This document shows positions 1 through 9,975 of a stretch of DNA of 64,000 bases, piece after piece. The stretch is taken from NCBI GenBank assembly GCA_963813025.1, contig CAWEXO010000011.1:512001-576000 (forward strand). Reading direction: 5' to 3'. A program made the translations under genes and the position numbers. The stretch comes from an uncultured Verrucomicrobiae bacterium (GTDB taxonomy: Bacteria > Verrucomicrobiota > Verrucomicrobiia > Chthoniobacterales > JAFAMB01). Under the pieces are notes generated by a model that saw nothing but the letters and a program-made list of their open reading frames with translations, had not been told where the DNA came from and made no database searches. Positions within the stretch are counted from its first letter, which is position 1, and every line of letters begins with the position of its first letter.

Positions 1-1424
1 CACGGAGTCAGCGCCGCCCATCCGGAAAAACCCAGGATCGAGAACGCCATTAGCAAAATAGCGATCGAGGCTAGTTTAACGTCATACGACTCGATCTTCT
101 TGCCCAGGTATTCGGGCGTCCTCCCCACCATCAGCCCCGCGATGAATACCGCAAGAATTACAAATATCAGCATGCCATAAAGCCCGGAACCAACCCCCCC
201 GAAGATGATCTCTCCGAGCTGGATGTTGAAGAGCGGAACAAATCCACCTAATGGGGTAAAGGAGTCGTGCATCGAGTTAACCGCGCCGCAGGAGGCGTCT
301 GTCGTGATGGTGGCGAAGAGTGCCGAGTCGGTGATTCCGAAGCGAACTTCCTTGCCCTCCATGTTGCCGGTGCGCGGATCGACTCCCAATTGGTTCACGA
401 TCGGGTTCCCATGAGCTTCAGCGTTCCAACAGATCAGAAATCCGCAAACGAAGAGGACGGCCATCACAGCCCAGATCGTCCAACCATGCCTTTGGTTTTT
501 TACTGCGCGACCGAAATACCAGGTCAGCGCGCTGGGTATCGCGAAGATCGAGAGCATTTGCACAAGATTGGATAGCGGCGTCGGATTCTCGAAAGGATGC
601 GCCGCGTTGGCATTCGTATAACCGCCGCCGTTTGTGCCTAGCATTTTGATCGCTACCTGAGATGCAATAGGCCCTTCGACAATCGTCTGAGTATCGACCT
701 TCTGATCGGTCATTACCGGATTGCCCTTTTCATCTTTCACCGGGTTGCCCGACGCATCCTTTTTCGGCACCTGCACGGTTTGCGCCTCTACCACCTTCGT
801 TGTGTCGTATGCCTTGAAGTTTTGTGGTATACCTTGCGAGACGAGAAACAGTGCATAAATGACGCAGATCGGCAGGAGCAAATAGTAGATCAGCCGAACC
901 ATATCGACCCAAAAGTTACCGATGGTGTTAACCGTGTGACGGGCGATCCCCCGCACCAGCGCGGCCGCCACCGCAATTCCCATCGCTGCCGAGAAGAAAT
1001 TGTGCGAGGCCAGAGCAAGCATCTGCGACAGATAACTCATCGTGGTCTCGCCACCGTAATTCTGCCAGTTCGTGTTGGTCACGAAACTCAGGGCGGTGTT
1101 AAACGCCAGAGGTTCACTTACCGGACTCTGCCCCTGGGGATTTAATGGCAGAACGTTTTGCCAACGGAGCACCAGGTAAGTGAGGATGGTACTGACCAAG
1201 CCGAAACCCAATAGTGCTATTGTGTACTGAATCCAGCCTTGCTCTTTCTGGGGATCGATCCCGAGAAGCCGATAAGTCAGCCGCTCGAGTGGCCGCAGCA
1301 CTGGGTCAAGAAATGTCTTGCCGTTCGCATCGAGCACCCGACAGAGATACACACCGAGCGGTTTGGTGATTAACAAGAGAACTCCAATATACAACCCGAG
1401 TTCCAGCCATCCTTTAATATTCAT
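1..1424 (-). CDS. kdpA: Potassium-transporting ATPase subunit A (3' part runs off the window)
   Basis: Manual translation from ATG at 1424 gives MNIKGWLELGLYIGVLLLITKPLGVYL..., with KdpA motifs AFNTALSFVTNTNWQNYGGE, IKMLGTNGGG and NSMHDSFTP. Absent from the ORF track because it has no stop inside the window. Confidence 0.95.
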   Translation of the reverse strand, partial: MNIKGWLELGLYIGVLLLITKPLGVYLCRVLDANGKTFLDPVLRPLERLTYRLLGIDPQKEQGWIQYTIALLGFGLVSTILTYLVLRWQNVLPLNPQGQSPVSEPLAFNTALSFVTNTNWQNYGGETTMSYLSQMLALASHNFFSAAMGIAVAAALVRGIARHTVNTIGNFWVDMVRLIYYLLLPICVIYALFLVSQGIPQNFKAYDTTKVVEAQTVQVPKKDASGNPVKDEKGNPVMTDQKVDTQTIVEGPIASQVAIKMLGTNGGGYTNANAAHPFENPTPLSNLVQMLSIFAIPSALTWYFGRAVKNQRHGWTIWAVMAVLFVCGFLICWNAEAHGNPIVNQLGVDPRTGNMEGKEVRFGITDSALFATITTDASCGAVNSMHDSFTPLGGFVPLFNIQLGEIIFGGVGSGLYGMLIFVILAVFIAGLMVGRTPEYLGKKIESYDVKLASIAILLMAFSILGFSGWAALTP

Positions 1425-1457
1425 AACAGTCACAGTTCCGTTTCCCTATTGGAGTCC

Positions 1458-1541
1458 CTAGAATTTCTCCGGACGGAGCATTGAATACAGCAGGTAGATG
1501 ATTAAACAAACAGAGATGAGGCCGACCACAATATCGTCCAT
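1458..1541 (-). CDS. kdpF: K+-transporting ATPase subunit F (27 aa)
   Basis: Manual translation MDDIVVGLISVCLIIYLLYSMLRPEKF has the KdpF signature YLxYxxxxPEKF and lies directly upstream of kdpA. Confidence 0.93.
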   Translation of the reverse strand: MDDIVVGLISVCLIIYLLYSMLRPEKF

Positions 1542-1557
1542 AGTTTTTGTGTCAAAA

Positions 1558-1641
1558 TTAAATCTTGCTGCAGAACTGAGTGAAAAAGGTCAGTACAACG
1601 AAACATCCGATAATCATTCCGAGATAAACAACGTCAGCCAT
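1558..1641 (-). CDS. Small hydrophobic membrane peptide upstream of kdpF (27 aa)
   Basis: Manual translation MADVVYLGMIIGCFVVLTFFTQFCSKI; one TM-like segment; 11 bp from the upstream gene and 16 bp from kdpF. Confidence 0.65.
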   Translation of the reverse strand: MADVVYLGMIIGCFVVLTFFTQFCSKI

Positions 1642-1652
1642 AAAGTTAGTTC

Positions 1653-2339
1653 TTAGTTATGTTGTCCCAGGTTCATCGGTTCCTCACTGGATCCGAAATT
1701 GAAGAGCTCAAAAATCCGACGCATATTTTGCTGAGCAGGCTCAAATCGCTTGTTGACGCGGATTGCCTGGCCATAACAACGCTTGGCCCGATCGTAGTCC
1801 CCCATCACCTCCGCCAGTACACCTGCCAGATTAAATGCTTCCGCCGAGCGGCCATCTAATTCCAGTGCGCGCGTCACATGCTTCTGTGCTTCGCTAAAGC
1901 GGCGCAAATTGATGAGGCGCTTGGCCGAACGAATGTGGCTCGCGAAAGTATCTACCTCGATTACCTCCGGCGGTTCTTCGTGCCGGTTGAGCACTTCCCA
2001 AACGATCGTCCGGAGTTCTTCTGGTCGGAGAGGTTTCTGCAGAAAGTCGATGGCGCCGAGCTTCATCGCTTTCACCGCGTTAGGTACGTCGCTGTAAGCC
2101 GTGATAATCACGGAGGGCGTGGGAATCTGCTCATCGCGCATTTTGGAAAGCAGCTCCAATCCATCCATACCGGGCATCCGCAAGTCCAGAATGGCCAAGT
2201 CGGCCGGCTGCTTCTGGAGGTGCTGGAGAGCTTCTTCGGCGGTCGCCGATTCTTCAACCAAATAACCCTCCGTTTCGAGGGCGACTCGATAGATCAGGCG
2301 CACATTCGGCTCGTCATCGACAATTAGAATCCGTTTCAT
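1653..2339 (-). CDS. Response regulator, receiver plus C-terminal TPR
   Basis: ILIVDDE, DLRMPGMDG and KP receiver motifs; TPR-like C-terminus (AEAFNLAGVLAEVMGDYDRAKRCYGQAI). Confidence 0.9.
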   Translation of the reverse strand: MKRILIVDDEPNVRLIYRVALETEGYLVEESATAEEALQHLQKQPADLAILDLRMPGMDGLELLSKMRDEQIPTPSVIITAYSDVPNAVKAMKLGAIDFLQKPLRPEELRTIVWEVLNRHEEPPEVIEVDTFASHIRSAKRLINLRRFSEAQKHVTRALELDGRSAEAFNLAGVLAEVMGDYDRAKRCYGQAIRVNKRFEPAQQNMRRIFELFNFGSSEEPMNLGQHN

Positions 2340-4141
2340 GTCTTACTTCCGCTGACTGGTGGTAGATCGAAATAGAACTCGCTCCCTTGTCCCGGTTTAC
2401 TTTTCAGACCAACTTCACCGCCCAGCGAATTGATGATCTCTCGGACAATTGCTAAACCAAGCCCGGCTCCCGTCTTTTCCGACCCAGGAATTCTGAAAAA
2501 CCGCTCGAAGAGCCGGGACTGATATTCCGAGGGTATGCCCGGGCCCTGGTCGATTACCGAAAAGCGAACACGATCGCCGATCCGTTTTGCTTCGACCAGG
2601 ATTTCCGTTCCCGGTTTAGAATGCTTGGCGGCGTTCGAAATAAGGTTCGAAAAAACGTGATGAATCTGCCCCGCGTCAACTGCCACCAAAGGTAATCCCG
2701 GTTCGGTGCGAAGCCCCAAACGGCAGCCATGCGATTCCACCATCGGCGCAAAATCCTCGACGGCCGCCGCCACCAATGTTTTGGGATAGAGCTGTTCAAT
2801 CGCGTTCCTCGCTTTGCCGGACTCTAGCCGAGCCAGATCCAGCAAATCATTGATCATTTGGACCAGGCGCTCCGAGTCTTCCCGAGCCGCCAGCAATAGC
2901 TCCGTTTGTTTAGTGGTGAGCGAACCGATTCGCTCTTCGAGCAGGAGATGTAAACCCATCCGAATGCTGGTAAGCGGGGTTTTCAACTCATGGCTAACGG
3001 TCGATACCAGGTTCGTTTTAACCTCGTCCATGAGCCGAAACCGGGTGACATCCTGGAGAATGGCAGCGGCTCCAAAAAGATTGCCGCTTTCATCTCGCAT
3101 GCCGATGACCCGTGGGAGCAGAAAACTCTCGTGTTCATCCAATCGGATCGGAATAACATTCTCGAAAGAAGTAGGAACTAGATCGGCTCCGCCAGCCAGC
3201 ACCCGCTTGACTTCGGAGGTCAGATTCCCTGGCAGGTTAACGTCAGTGCCCAATTTGCTGCGCAGACGTTCCGCCGCCGGATTGGCAAAACTGATTTTAC
3301 CTTCAATGGAAAAGCCGAAAATTGCGTCAGGGAATGCTGACAACGTGATCTCGGTCATCTGCCGCGCTTGCACGATCTGATCGGAAGCTACGCGGCGATA
3401 AGCCCGCAACTTGGCCGCCATGCGGTTGAAGGCGGTCGCTAAGTCTCCGAGCTCATCCTTGGACTGAACGGTGACAACCTGATCTAAATTACCCTCACCA
3501 AGGTCCCGAGTCACCGTGGTCAACTCGTGAATTGGCCGCAGGATTGCTTTTTGCAGACGGGAAGCAAAAAACAGGGAGGCGGCAATTCCGGCGAGTACGA
3601 CCAGGAACATGTATCGGATTGATTGCTCGCTGACTGCAAGCGCCTCGCGATTGGCAGCCAGCATGTTTTCTTCGTTAATCCGGATGATTTCCTGGGCGGT
3701 GTCTTTAATGTCCGTTGCGAGCGGCAGGAGCGAGTTGAAATAAATGATTTTGCGCTTTTCCAGGTTGGGTTCTTGAAAGAACTGAACTACCGCCTGCGTA
3801 TATTGCCCGAAGAGCACTTGCGTATGCTCGGCCAGCTTGCCTTCTCCCGGCAGAGTGATGTTCCTCAATTCGAGATCGAGCGCTTCTTTAAACAAAGAGC
3901 GGTTTTGATCATACATCTCTCGACCGCGTGCTTCTTCACCGACGAGAGAAAAGAAGGCGCCCGAGTCCATGCGCTCGAGCGTTTCTTTCATTTTCTGACC
4001 GGCAATAACGCTCTGATAATTTTCGCGGAGAATAACGTCGATCTTCCCGCCCAGACTATGGAAGAGAATCATGGCGTAGCCACCCATCCCGGCGAAGAGC
4101 ACGAGCATGGGCAGCAGCCAAATAATGATCCGCTTTTTCAT
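2336..4141 (-). CDS. Sensor histidine kinase (periplasmic sensor, HAMP, PAS, HisKA, HATPase)
   Basis: Two TMs, HAMP (DELGDLATAFNRM), H-box VSHELKTPLT, N/G boxes; overlaps the response regulator by 4 bp. Confidence 0.93.
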   Translation of the reverse strand: MKKRIIIWLLPMLVLFAGMGGYAMILFHSLGGKIDVILRENYQSVIAGQKMKETLERMDSGAFFSLVGEEARGREMYDQNRSLFKEALDLELRNITLPGEGKLAEHTQVLFGQYTQAVVQFFQEPNLEKRKIIYFNSLLPLATDIKDTAQEIIRINEENMLAANREALAVSEQSIRYMFLVVLAGIAASLFFASRLQKAILRPIHELTTVTRDLGEGNLDQVVTVQSKDELGDLATAFNRMAAKLRAYRRVASDQIVQARQMTEITLSAFPDAIFGFSIEGKISFANPAAERLRSKLGTDVNLPGNLTSEVKRVLAGGADLVPTSFENVIPIRLDEHESFLLPRVIGMRDESGNLFGAAAILQDVTRFRLMDEVKTNLVSTVSHELKTPLTSIRMGLHLLLEERIGSLTTKQTELLLAAREDSERLVQMINDLLDLARLESGKARNAIEQLYPKTLVAAAVEDFAPMVESHGCRLGLRTEPGLPLVAVDAGQIHHVFSNLISNAAKHSKPGTEILVEAKRIGDRVRFSVIDQGPGIPSEYQSRLFERFFRIPGSEKTGAGLGLAIVREIINSLGGEVGLKSKPGQGSEFYFDLPPVSGSKT

Positions 4142-4499
4142 GAAATACGCGACAGACCCGATCTGTTAGCCGGTCGCGTGCCAAGCGGCCACTGTGGGGG
4201 GTGCCCCCCCTCGGGGAGGCCTGTTCGAAGAATGTTGAATCGATGGCGCGTAACTCGCGTTTTGCGATTAAACGCGCGTTTGGCACTCGCAGAACGCGAG
4301 TTTGTCCGACAACGTCGTTCAACATCCGGATCTAGCGGGGAGATTCTGCCAGTTCACCGCGTGTCGGAGTGCATGCGACCCCCTTCGCTATCGCTCGGCT
4401 CTGGCGCGGCAGGCCTTGTTGCCGCTTTACGAGCCGCGCGGGCAGCACAGACGGCCTCCGTTCCGCTCACTGAGCGAGGTTCGAAGCGTTTCCAAACGT

Positions 4500-4569
4500 G
4501 ACCTGTCCCTTAGAGCGTCCTCAAACGCGACCTGTCCCTACAATGCGACAGAGGCGACAGGTCCGTTTG
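4500..4569. repeat. Cluster of GACCTGTCCC motifs (two direct copies plus one partial inverted copy)
   Basis: gacctgtccct at 4500 and 4529; gacaggtccgtttg at 4556 pairs with caaacgcgacctgtc. Confidence 0.7.
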
Positions 4570-4602
4570 CAGCGGCTCGGGGACGGCGCCTGCTGGTCTT
4601 AA

Positions 4603-4872
4603 TTAAGTCCCGAATCGCGCCAGGGCGCGCGCTTTCGCTTTAGCCGCCTGCTCGTCGCGATTTCTGGGTGGGGCGTTCGTCTCCAACGAACGCAGATAAC
4701 GCGCCGAAGCGTCCGCTATTTCGTTGATGGCCGTGAGGAACGCGGCTTCGTTCATCTTGGAGGGTTTACTAAAACCGCTGATTTTTCTGACGAACTGCAG
4801 CGACGACGCCCGGATCTCCTCGTCAGTGACGGGCGGATCGAAGTTATAGAGGGTCTTAATATTTCTGCACAT
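4603..4872 (-). CDS. DUF2277 family protein
   Basis: MCRNIKTLYNFDPPVTDEEIRASSLQFVRKISGF is the typical DUF2277 N-terminus. Confidence 0.85.
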   Translation of the reverse strand: MCRNIKTLYNFDPPVTDEEIRASSLQFVRKISGFSKPSKMNEAAFLTAINEIADASARYLRSLETNAPPRNRDEQAAKAKARALARFGT

Positions 4873-5079
4873 ACAAATCTTGAGCACTTACGCATTCGCC
4901 CCTCTGGTTTACAACCACAGGAGGGCGTGTCGTGGAGACGACATGAGTTGGCAGGTTCGGCCCGAAGGCCGAACCTGCCATATGAATAAGAAAATCCTCG
5001 AGACCGAATCGGCTGAGGTAACAGCGCGATTCATTCAATCGGCGGTTCGATCGCAACACCACAAGGATTTTTATTGAAA

Positions 5080-6935
5080 TCAGGGTGCAGATCGCACGTT
5101 ATCGGCGTCTTCGTCGGCTAGCTTTGTTACTTCGAGCGTTTGCTCCAGTGACGGGGGTTGAAGCGCGACGAGACCGCGGATTGCTTGTTCCAAATTGGTG
5201 TAAACGTCTCCGACCCGCGCTTCGCGCAAGCGGCGGATGAGCCGGACAGCACCTTGCGGCGGTAAACTCCACAGACCAATGAAGACGGTGGCTTCCGGCA
5301 AAGCGACCTGCAAGGCGCGCGCCATTTTGTCAAGCGTAGCCGCAGACCGCGCCGCCACGCACGAAAGGATGATTACGGTAGCCTGAAGCTCTCTGAGCCG
5401 CTCGAGCTTTTCGGCACGGAGCAATTTGCTCGGGATGAGGTGCACACCCAGCCCTTCCTGCCTCAGTAAGTCCGCCAACGCCTGACCTACTACTTCGTCC
5501 CCTTCCCCCACGAACGGAACGATCGCAACGACGTGATTGCTAACGAGGGTATTGCTATCCGCGGTTTCCTTCGATTCAGCCGGCGCGGGGGCCAAGCCCT
5601 CGAGCACCTCGCGCAGCTGCTGGTAAATACGCGTTTTCGTCGGATTGGATGCCGCACCCGGGAAAAGTTCATTTTCGATCGCCCGTACCGTAGGCATCAC
5701 CAGTTCTTCGGCGGAATCCAAGGTCAACTGGGATCCGATGACTTCGTGCACGAGCGCTTTGGCTTCCGGAAGTCGGTTTTCCGTCAGCAGCCTCGTGAGT
5801 TTGACCTCCGTCGCCGTCGGCGGTTCCGAGGCCAAGAGAACACTACAGAAGTGAAAGGCCGGAAGTAGCGTCCCAGGACAACCAGACACGCCGTAAGCGG
5901 AGTGGCCAACACCAAACCGAGCGGTCCCCACAGCCATGTCCAGAACAGCGCGGAAGCAATTACCGCAAGAGGCGAGATTCCCGCGCTGCCACCCAAGACA
6001 ATGGGCTCAATGACGTTATTAGTGAACACTTCCAAAACGACGTAAACTCCCAGCGTCAGCAGCGGAGTTGTCCAGCCCGTCGAGGTCGCGATTGACAAGA
6101 CGAAAGGGAAAGCCGCCGAGAGCCAGACCCCCACGTACGGCAGGAACCGCAACGCCAGCGTAAGCACCGCCCAAAGAACGGCATTCGGGATGCCGAGAAA
6201 GTAAAGGCCAACCCCAACAGCGACGGCAAAGCCGGTATTAATCTGAAGTTGGGCTAACAAGAACCCGCTCAAGCGAGCACCCACCTCGTCTACCGCAAGA
6301 GTGGTAGTCGCGCTGTGCGAGTGGCCCACCAATCGCAGGAAACGCTGGCGGAGTCGGCGTCGTTCCAACAAAAGAAACACGACCAGCAGCACTACTACCG
6401 CAAACTCGGTGGCAGGCCCAACCAGCGGCGTGAGGCTGCTCTGGGCTATCGCCAGAAGATTTCCCTTTCCTCCGACTACTTCCACTTTGGTCGGCCGCTG
6501 AGCTTGACTGACATCGACCGCGGAGGCCGAGACCTTGCTGAGGTCGTCGATTAACGCGTGAAAATTGCGCGTCGCCGCGCTGAACGGGCCGGGCGGCCCC
6601 TGGCGCAGCGACTCCCAGCGAGCGATGATGTTGCTGCGGTACTTGGGTACTGTGTTGACGAGGTCCAACGCCTGCGAGGAAACGACCGCACAAAGGGTAC
6701 CCAGAAGCAGGAAAGCGATCACGACCACGCTCAGCACGGCCAAGAGAGGGCGAAAACCGTGGCGCTCAAGCCATCCAACTGCCGGGCCCAACACCAGGGT
6801 GAACAAACCGGCCAGAATCAGAGGCAGCAAGAACGCCTTGCCCCAAGCCAATCCACCTAGCATGAGAAAGAAAGAGATAATCTGAATAAGCCGGCCGAGC
6901 TCCGAAGGGAGTTTATTTTCAACGGAGTCGGGCAT
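5080..6935 (-). CDS. AI-2E family transporter with C-terminal B12-binding-like domain (frameshift near 5860)
   Basis: ORF 5784-6935 has AI-2E motifs (RFLPYVG, EPIVLG, WTWLWGPLGLVLATPLT). It continues in ORF 5080-5937 if one C is added at TTCC(C)GG. Confidence 0.85.
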
Positions 6936-7100
6936 TGGAGAGGCTAGCGGGCGTTAGTACCGGATTTACCACTCGAAGATCGAGCGGCTTCGCGGTTAGA
7001 TCGTCCCGGACCAGCCCGGCGGTCGTGCGGCGGTTGCATCGATTCTGCGAACGGGTGCGTCGTTTTCTCCGCCTCCGGAGTGCGCGGCAGACAGAAAGGG

Positions 7101-7536
7101 GCGGCCAAAGGGGACAGGTCACTTGCCGGCCCGCAACTCCTCATCCATCGCGTAGGGCGTGTGGGCGAAACAGACAGCGTTTAAGGGGACAGGTCATCCG
7201 GCGGCAACGCTTCGAACCTCGAAGTCGACGCAACAGGGATACGGACGAGGCCGTAAAGTCCGGCTTCCACCCGCTCCACTTGTGACGGGCGGCTAAGGGG
7301 GACAGGTCACTTGCCGGCCCGCAACTCTCCGCCCGTCGAGCGGCGGCCAAGGGGGCAGGTTATCCGGTCCAGCGACCCTCCGCCCCATCGGGTAGCGAGT
7401 GCGCGGCTAAGGGGACAGGTCATCCGGCGGCAACGCTTCGAACCTCGAAGTCGACGCAACAGGGATACGGACGAGGCCGTCCGCGCTACCCTCAAGCGAT
7501 GCCCTAGAGTCCGGAGTCCACCCGCTCCACTTGTGA
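7101..7536 (+). repeat. Direct-repeat array built on GCGGCYAAGGGGACAGGTCA with duplicated inter-repeat blocks
   Basis: Motif at 7110, 7185, 7298, 7351 (degenerate) and 7411; exact 73-bp duplication 7182-7254/7408-7480. Confidence 0.85.
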
Positions 7537-7812
7537 GGTTCTTCGGAAAAGCTGTGAATAAAGTCCGATAACTTCGGGCAGGCGCGTGTTGTTGGCTGGA
7601 TCCCGCCGGCCATTCCGAAGTTAATACCACTGATTTGCAGGTCTCAGCTTCGCTCTCAGAGTGCTTTCCGAAGATTGCAGCGGACTTGCTCACAACCTTA
7701 AGAAGAAGAAGATAGGGTAGTATAAATTCGGATCATCTCCGAAAGGATCAATAACTCCGGATAATTCTCGAGCCAGTTGAGGAACACCTCGGTTTGTTCT
7801 ACCGGTTCAAGG

Positions 7813-8487
7813 ATGCGTGTCCTTGTGGCCGAAGACGAAAAAAAGGTTTGTCACTTCGTACAGAAAGCCCTCGAAGAGGTAGGGTTTGCAGTGGACGCGG
7901 TGAACGACGGTGAGAAGGCGCTCGAGCTCGGGCAGCGCTCGGCCTACGATGTCATCGTCCTCGATATAATGATGCCGGGCCAGGACGGACTCACCATTCT
8001 CCGGACTCTGCGAAAAGCACGCAACTCGACACCTATTTTACTTCTGACCGCGCGCGGGGAAGTCTCCCAGCGAGTAGAAGGTCTGGAACTCGGCGCTGAC
8101 GATTATCTAGCCAAACCGTTTGCCATGCGCGAATTGGTCGCCCGGGTCAATGCTCTTGCCCGGAGGGCTTCCGGCGAACGGCTGACCGTGCTGCGAGTAG
8201 GAGATCTTGTCTTAAACCTTGTCACCCGAGAGGTGACCCGCAACGGCCAGAAAATAGAGCTGGCCGTACGGGAATTCGCCTTGCTTGATTATTTGATGAG
8301 GTATCCCGGCCAGGTGCTGTCGCGCACCAGTATCAGTGAACAGGTCTGGAACTATCATTTTGATACGGGGACGAATGTTGTCGATGTTTACATCAATCGT
8401 TTGCGACGCAAGGTAGACGATTTTCATCAGATTAAACTGCTCCACACGGTGCGTGGTATCGGCTACATGTTAAAGGCGCCCGAATGA
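7813..8487 (+). CDS. OmpR-family response regulator (CusR/CopR-like)
   Basis: Receiver plus winged HTH (TNVVDVYINRLRRKVD, HTVRGIGY). Confidence 0.92.
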   Translation: MRVLVAEDEKKVCHFVQKALEEVGFAVDAVNDGEKALELGQRSAYDVIVLDIMMPGQDGLTILRTLRKARNSTPILLLTARGEVSQRVEGLELGADDYLAKPFAMRELVARVNALARRASGERLTVLRVGDLVLNLVTREVTRNGQKIELAVREFALLDYLMRYPGQVLSRTSISEQVWNYHFDTGTNVVDVYINRLRRKVDDFHQIKLLHTVRGIGYMLKAPE

Positions 8488-9893
8488 AACACTGGCATTT
8501 GAGTACGAAGCTGACCGCGTGGTCTGCTTTGATCGTCGGACTAAGCGTGCTGGCTTGCGCGGTCGGCACCGGCATTTTTCTGCGGCATGAACAATTGGAA
8601 ATACTCGACAATCAGCTCAAAAGAGAAGCACGCCATTTTTTTGCCGAATGGGAGGTGCGGACCGACCAGTCTTTTGACCAGAAGTTGGCGGAGGTCGAGC
8701 AGATGCTGCCTGTCCCGGCCAGCAAGCGTTATTATGAACTGCTCGATGATAATCGGCAGGTGCTGTACCGATCAAAAGATCTACCGGTTCGCGATCTCCC
8801 TTCCCCCCGCCTGATCGTCGATACGGTCCGATTGCCCAAGCAATATTATCGGCTAGCGACATTTCGGAAGGACGGCCTGGAGTTGCGTCTGGCGGCGAAT
8901 ATTCACGAAATCGAAACGAACGCCACTGAGCGAGCGATGGCGATCTTACCGGCGCTGCCGCTATTGGTTGGACTAACCGTTTTCGGTGGATGGTGGATCG
9001 CCCGAAAAGCGCTCGATCCGGTCAACAGCATCGCCGCTTCCGCTGAGCAGATCACCGCTGAGCGACTTGATCGGCGGCTGCCTGCTCCCCCGGTTGAGGA
9101 TGAGATAGGCCGTCTTACACGGGTGCTGAACGAAATGTTTGATCGCCTCGACCAGAGCTTCCAGCAGGCGGTACGGTTCAGTGCCGATGCATCCCATGAA
9201 TTAAAAACTCCCCTGACCGTTTTAAGAACGGGAATAGAGGACCTCCTGGAATCTCCTGCACTGATTGAGCGGGACCGGACGGCTGTGGCTGGCTTACTGG
9301 AGCAGACGCTCCGGCTGTCCTCGATCATCGATAGCCTTCTTTTGTTGTCGCGCGCGGATTGCGGCCGGCTGCAACTGGATCTGCAGCCGACCGACGTTTC
9401 GGAATTGATTGCGACCTGCGTAGAGGACGCCAGGATCCAGGCCGAGCCGAGACAGATCGACATTGAAGCGCGCTTGCCGCAGCGCCTTTGGGGTTATGTT
9501 GATGCTGGACGTCTCGGACAAATTCTGCTGAATCTTTTGAGCAACGCTATCAAGTTCAACGTCGATCGCGGACACATCACCGTGGCAGCCGGTCATGACG
9601 AATCCGACAAAATCCTCTGGATTAGGGTAGGCAACACTGGTCCCGCAATCCCCCCGAACGAGGTACCGCACGTTTTTGAGCGCTTTTTTCGCAGCGATAT
9701 CCAGCGCGACGTCCCTGGGCATGGTTTGGGATTAAGCCTGGCAAGGGAATTGGCCAGAGCGCACGGCGGCGATCTTGAACTTGAACATTCGGAAGACGGT
9801 TGGAGCCAGTTCCGGCTGACATTGGCGATCGAGAAAACGGAATTAAAAGCGGTGGCGGCGGAGGGAGCGGGTTCGGCAGTCGGAAGTGGTTGA
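8484..9893 (+). CDS. Sensor histidine kinase (CusS/CopS-like)
   Basis: HAMP, FSADASHELKTPL H-box, GHGLGLS G2 box. Confidence 0.9.
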   Translation: MKHWHLSTKLTAWSALIVGLSVLACAVGTGIFLRHEQLEILDNQLKREARHFFAEWEVRTDQSFDQKLAEVEQMLPVPASKRYYELLDDNRQVLYRSKDLPVRDLPSPRLIVDTVRLPKQYYRLATFRKDGLELRLAANIHEIETNATERAMAILPALPLLVGLTVFGGWWIARKALDPVNSIAASAEQITAERLDRRLPAPPVEDEIGRLTRVLNEMFDRLDQSFQQAVRFSADASHELKTPLTVLRTGIEDLLESPALIERDRTAVAGLLEQTLRLSSIIDSLLLLSRADCGRLQLDLQPTDVSELIATCVEDARIQAEPRQIDIEARLPQRLWGYVDAGRLGQILLNLLSNAIKFNVDRGHITVAAGHDESDKILWIRVGNTGPAIPPNEVPHVFERFFRSDIQRDVPGHGLGLSLARELARAHGGDLELEHSEDGWSQFRLTLAIEKTELKAVAAEGAGSAVGSG

Positions 9894-9975
9894 TCGATTG
9901 CAGATTGGATCGACTTGATTGCTGGTTCACTTCTGCGCTCTTGCGCTATATCCCGCCGCTGACCGGCTGACTCTT

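Noticed and set aside
7101..7536. CRISPR array
   Set aside because: Irregular spacing, re-used spacers, short non-palindromic repeat and no cas genes in the window.
7552..7560. DnaA-box-like TGTGAATAA / oriC
   Set aside because: Single copy, with no box cluster or AT-rich unwinding element.
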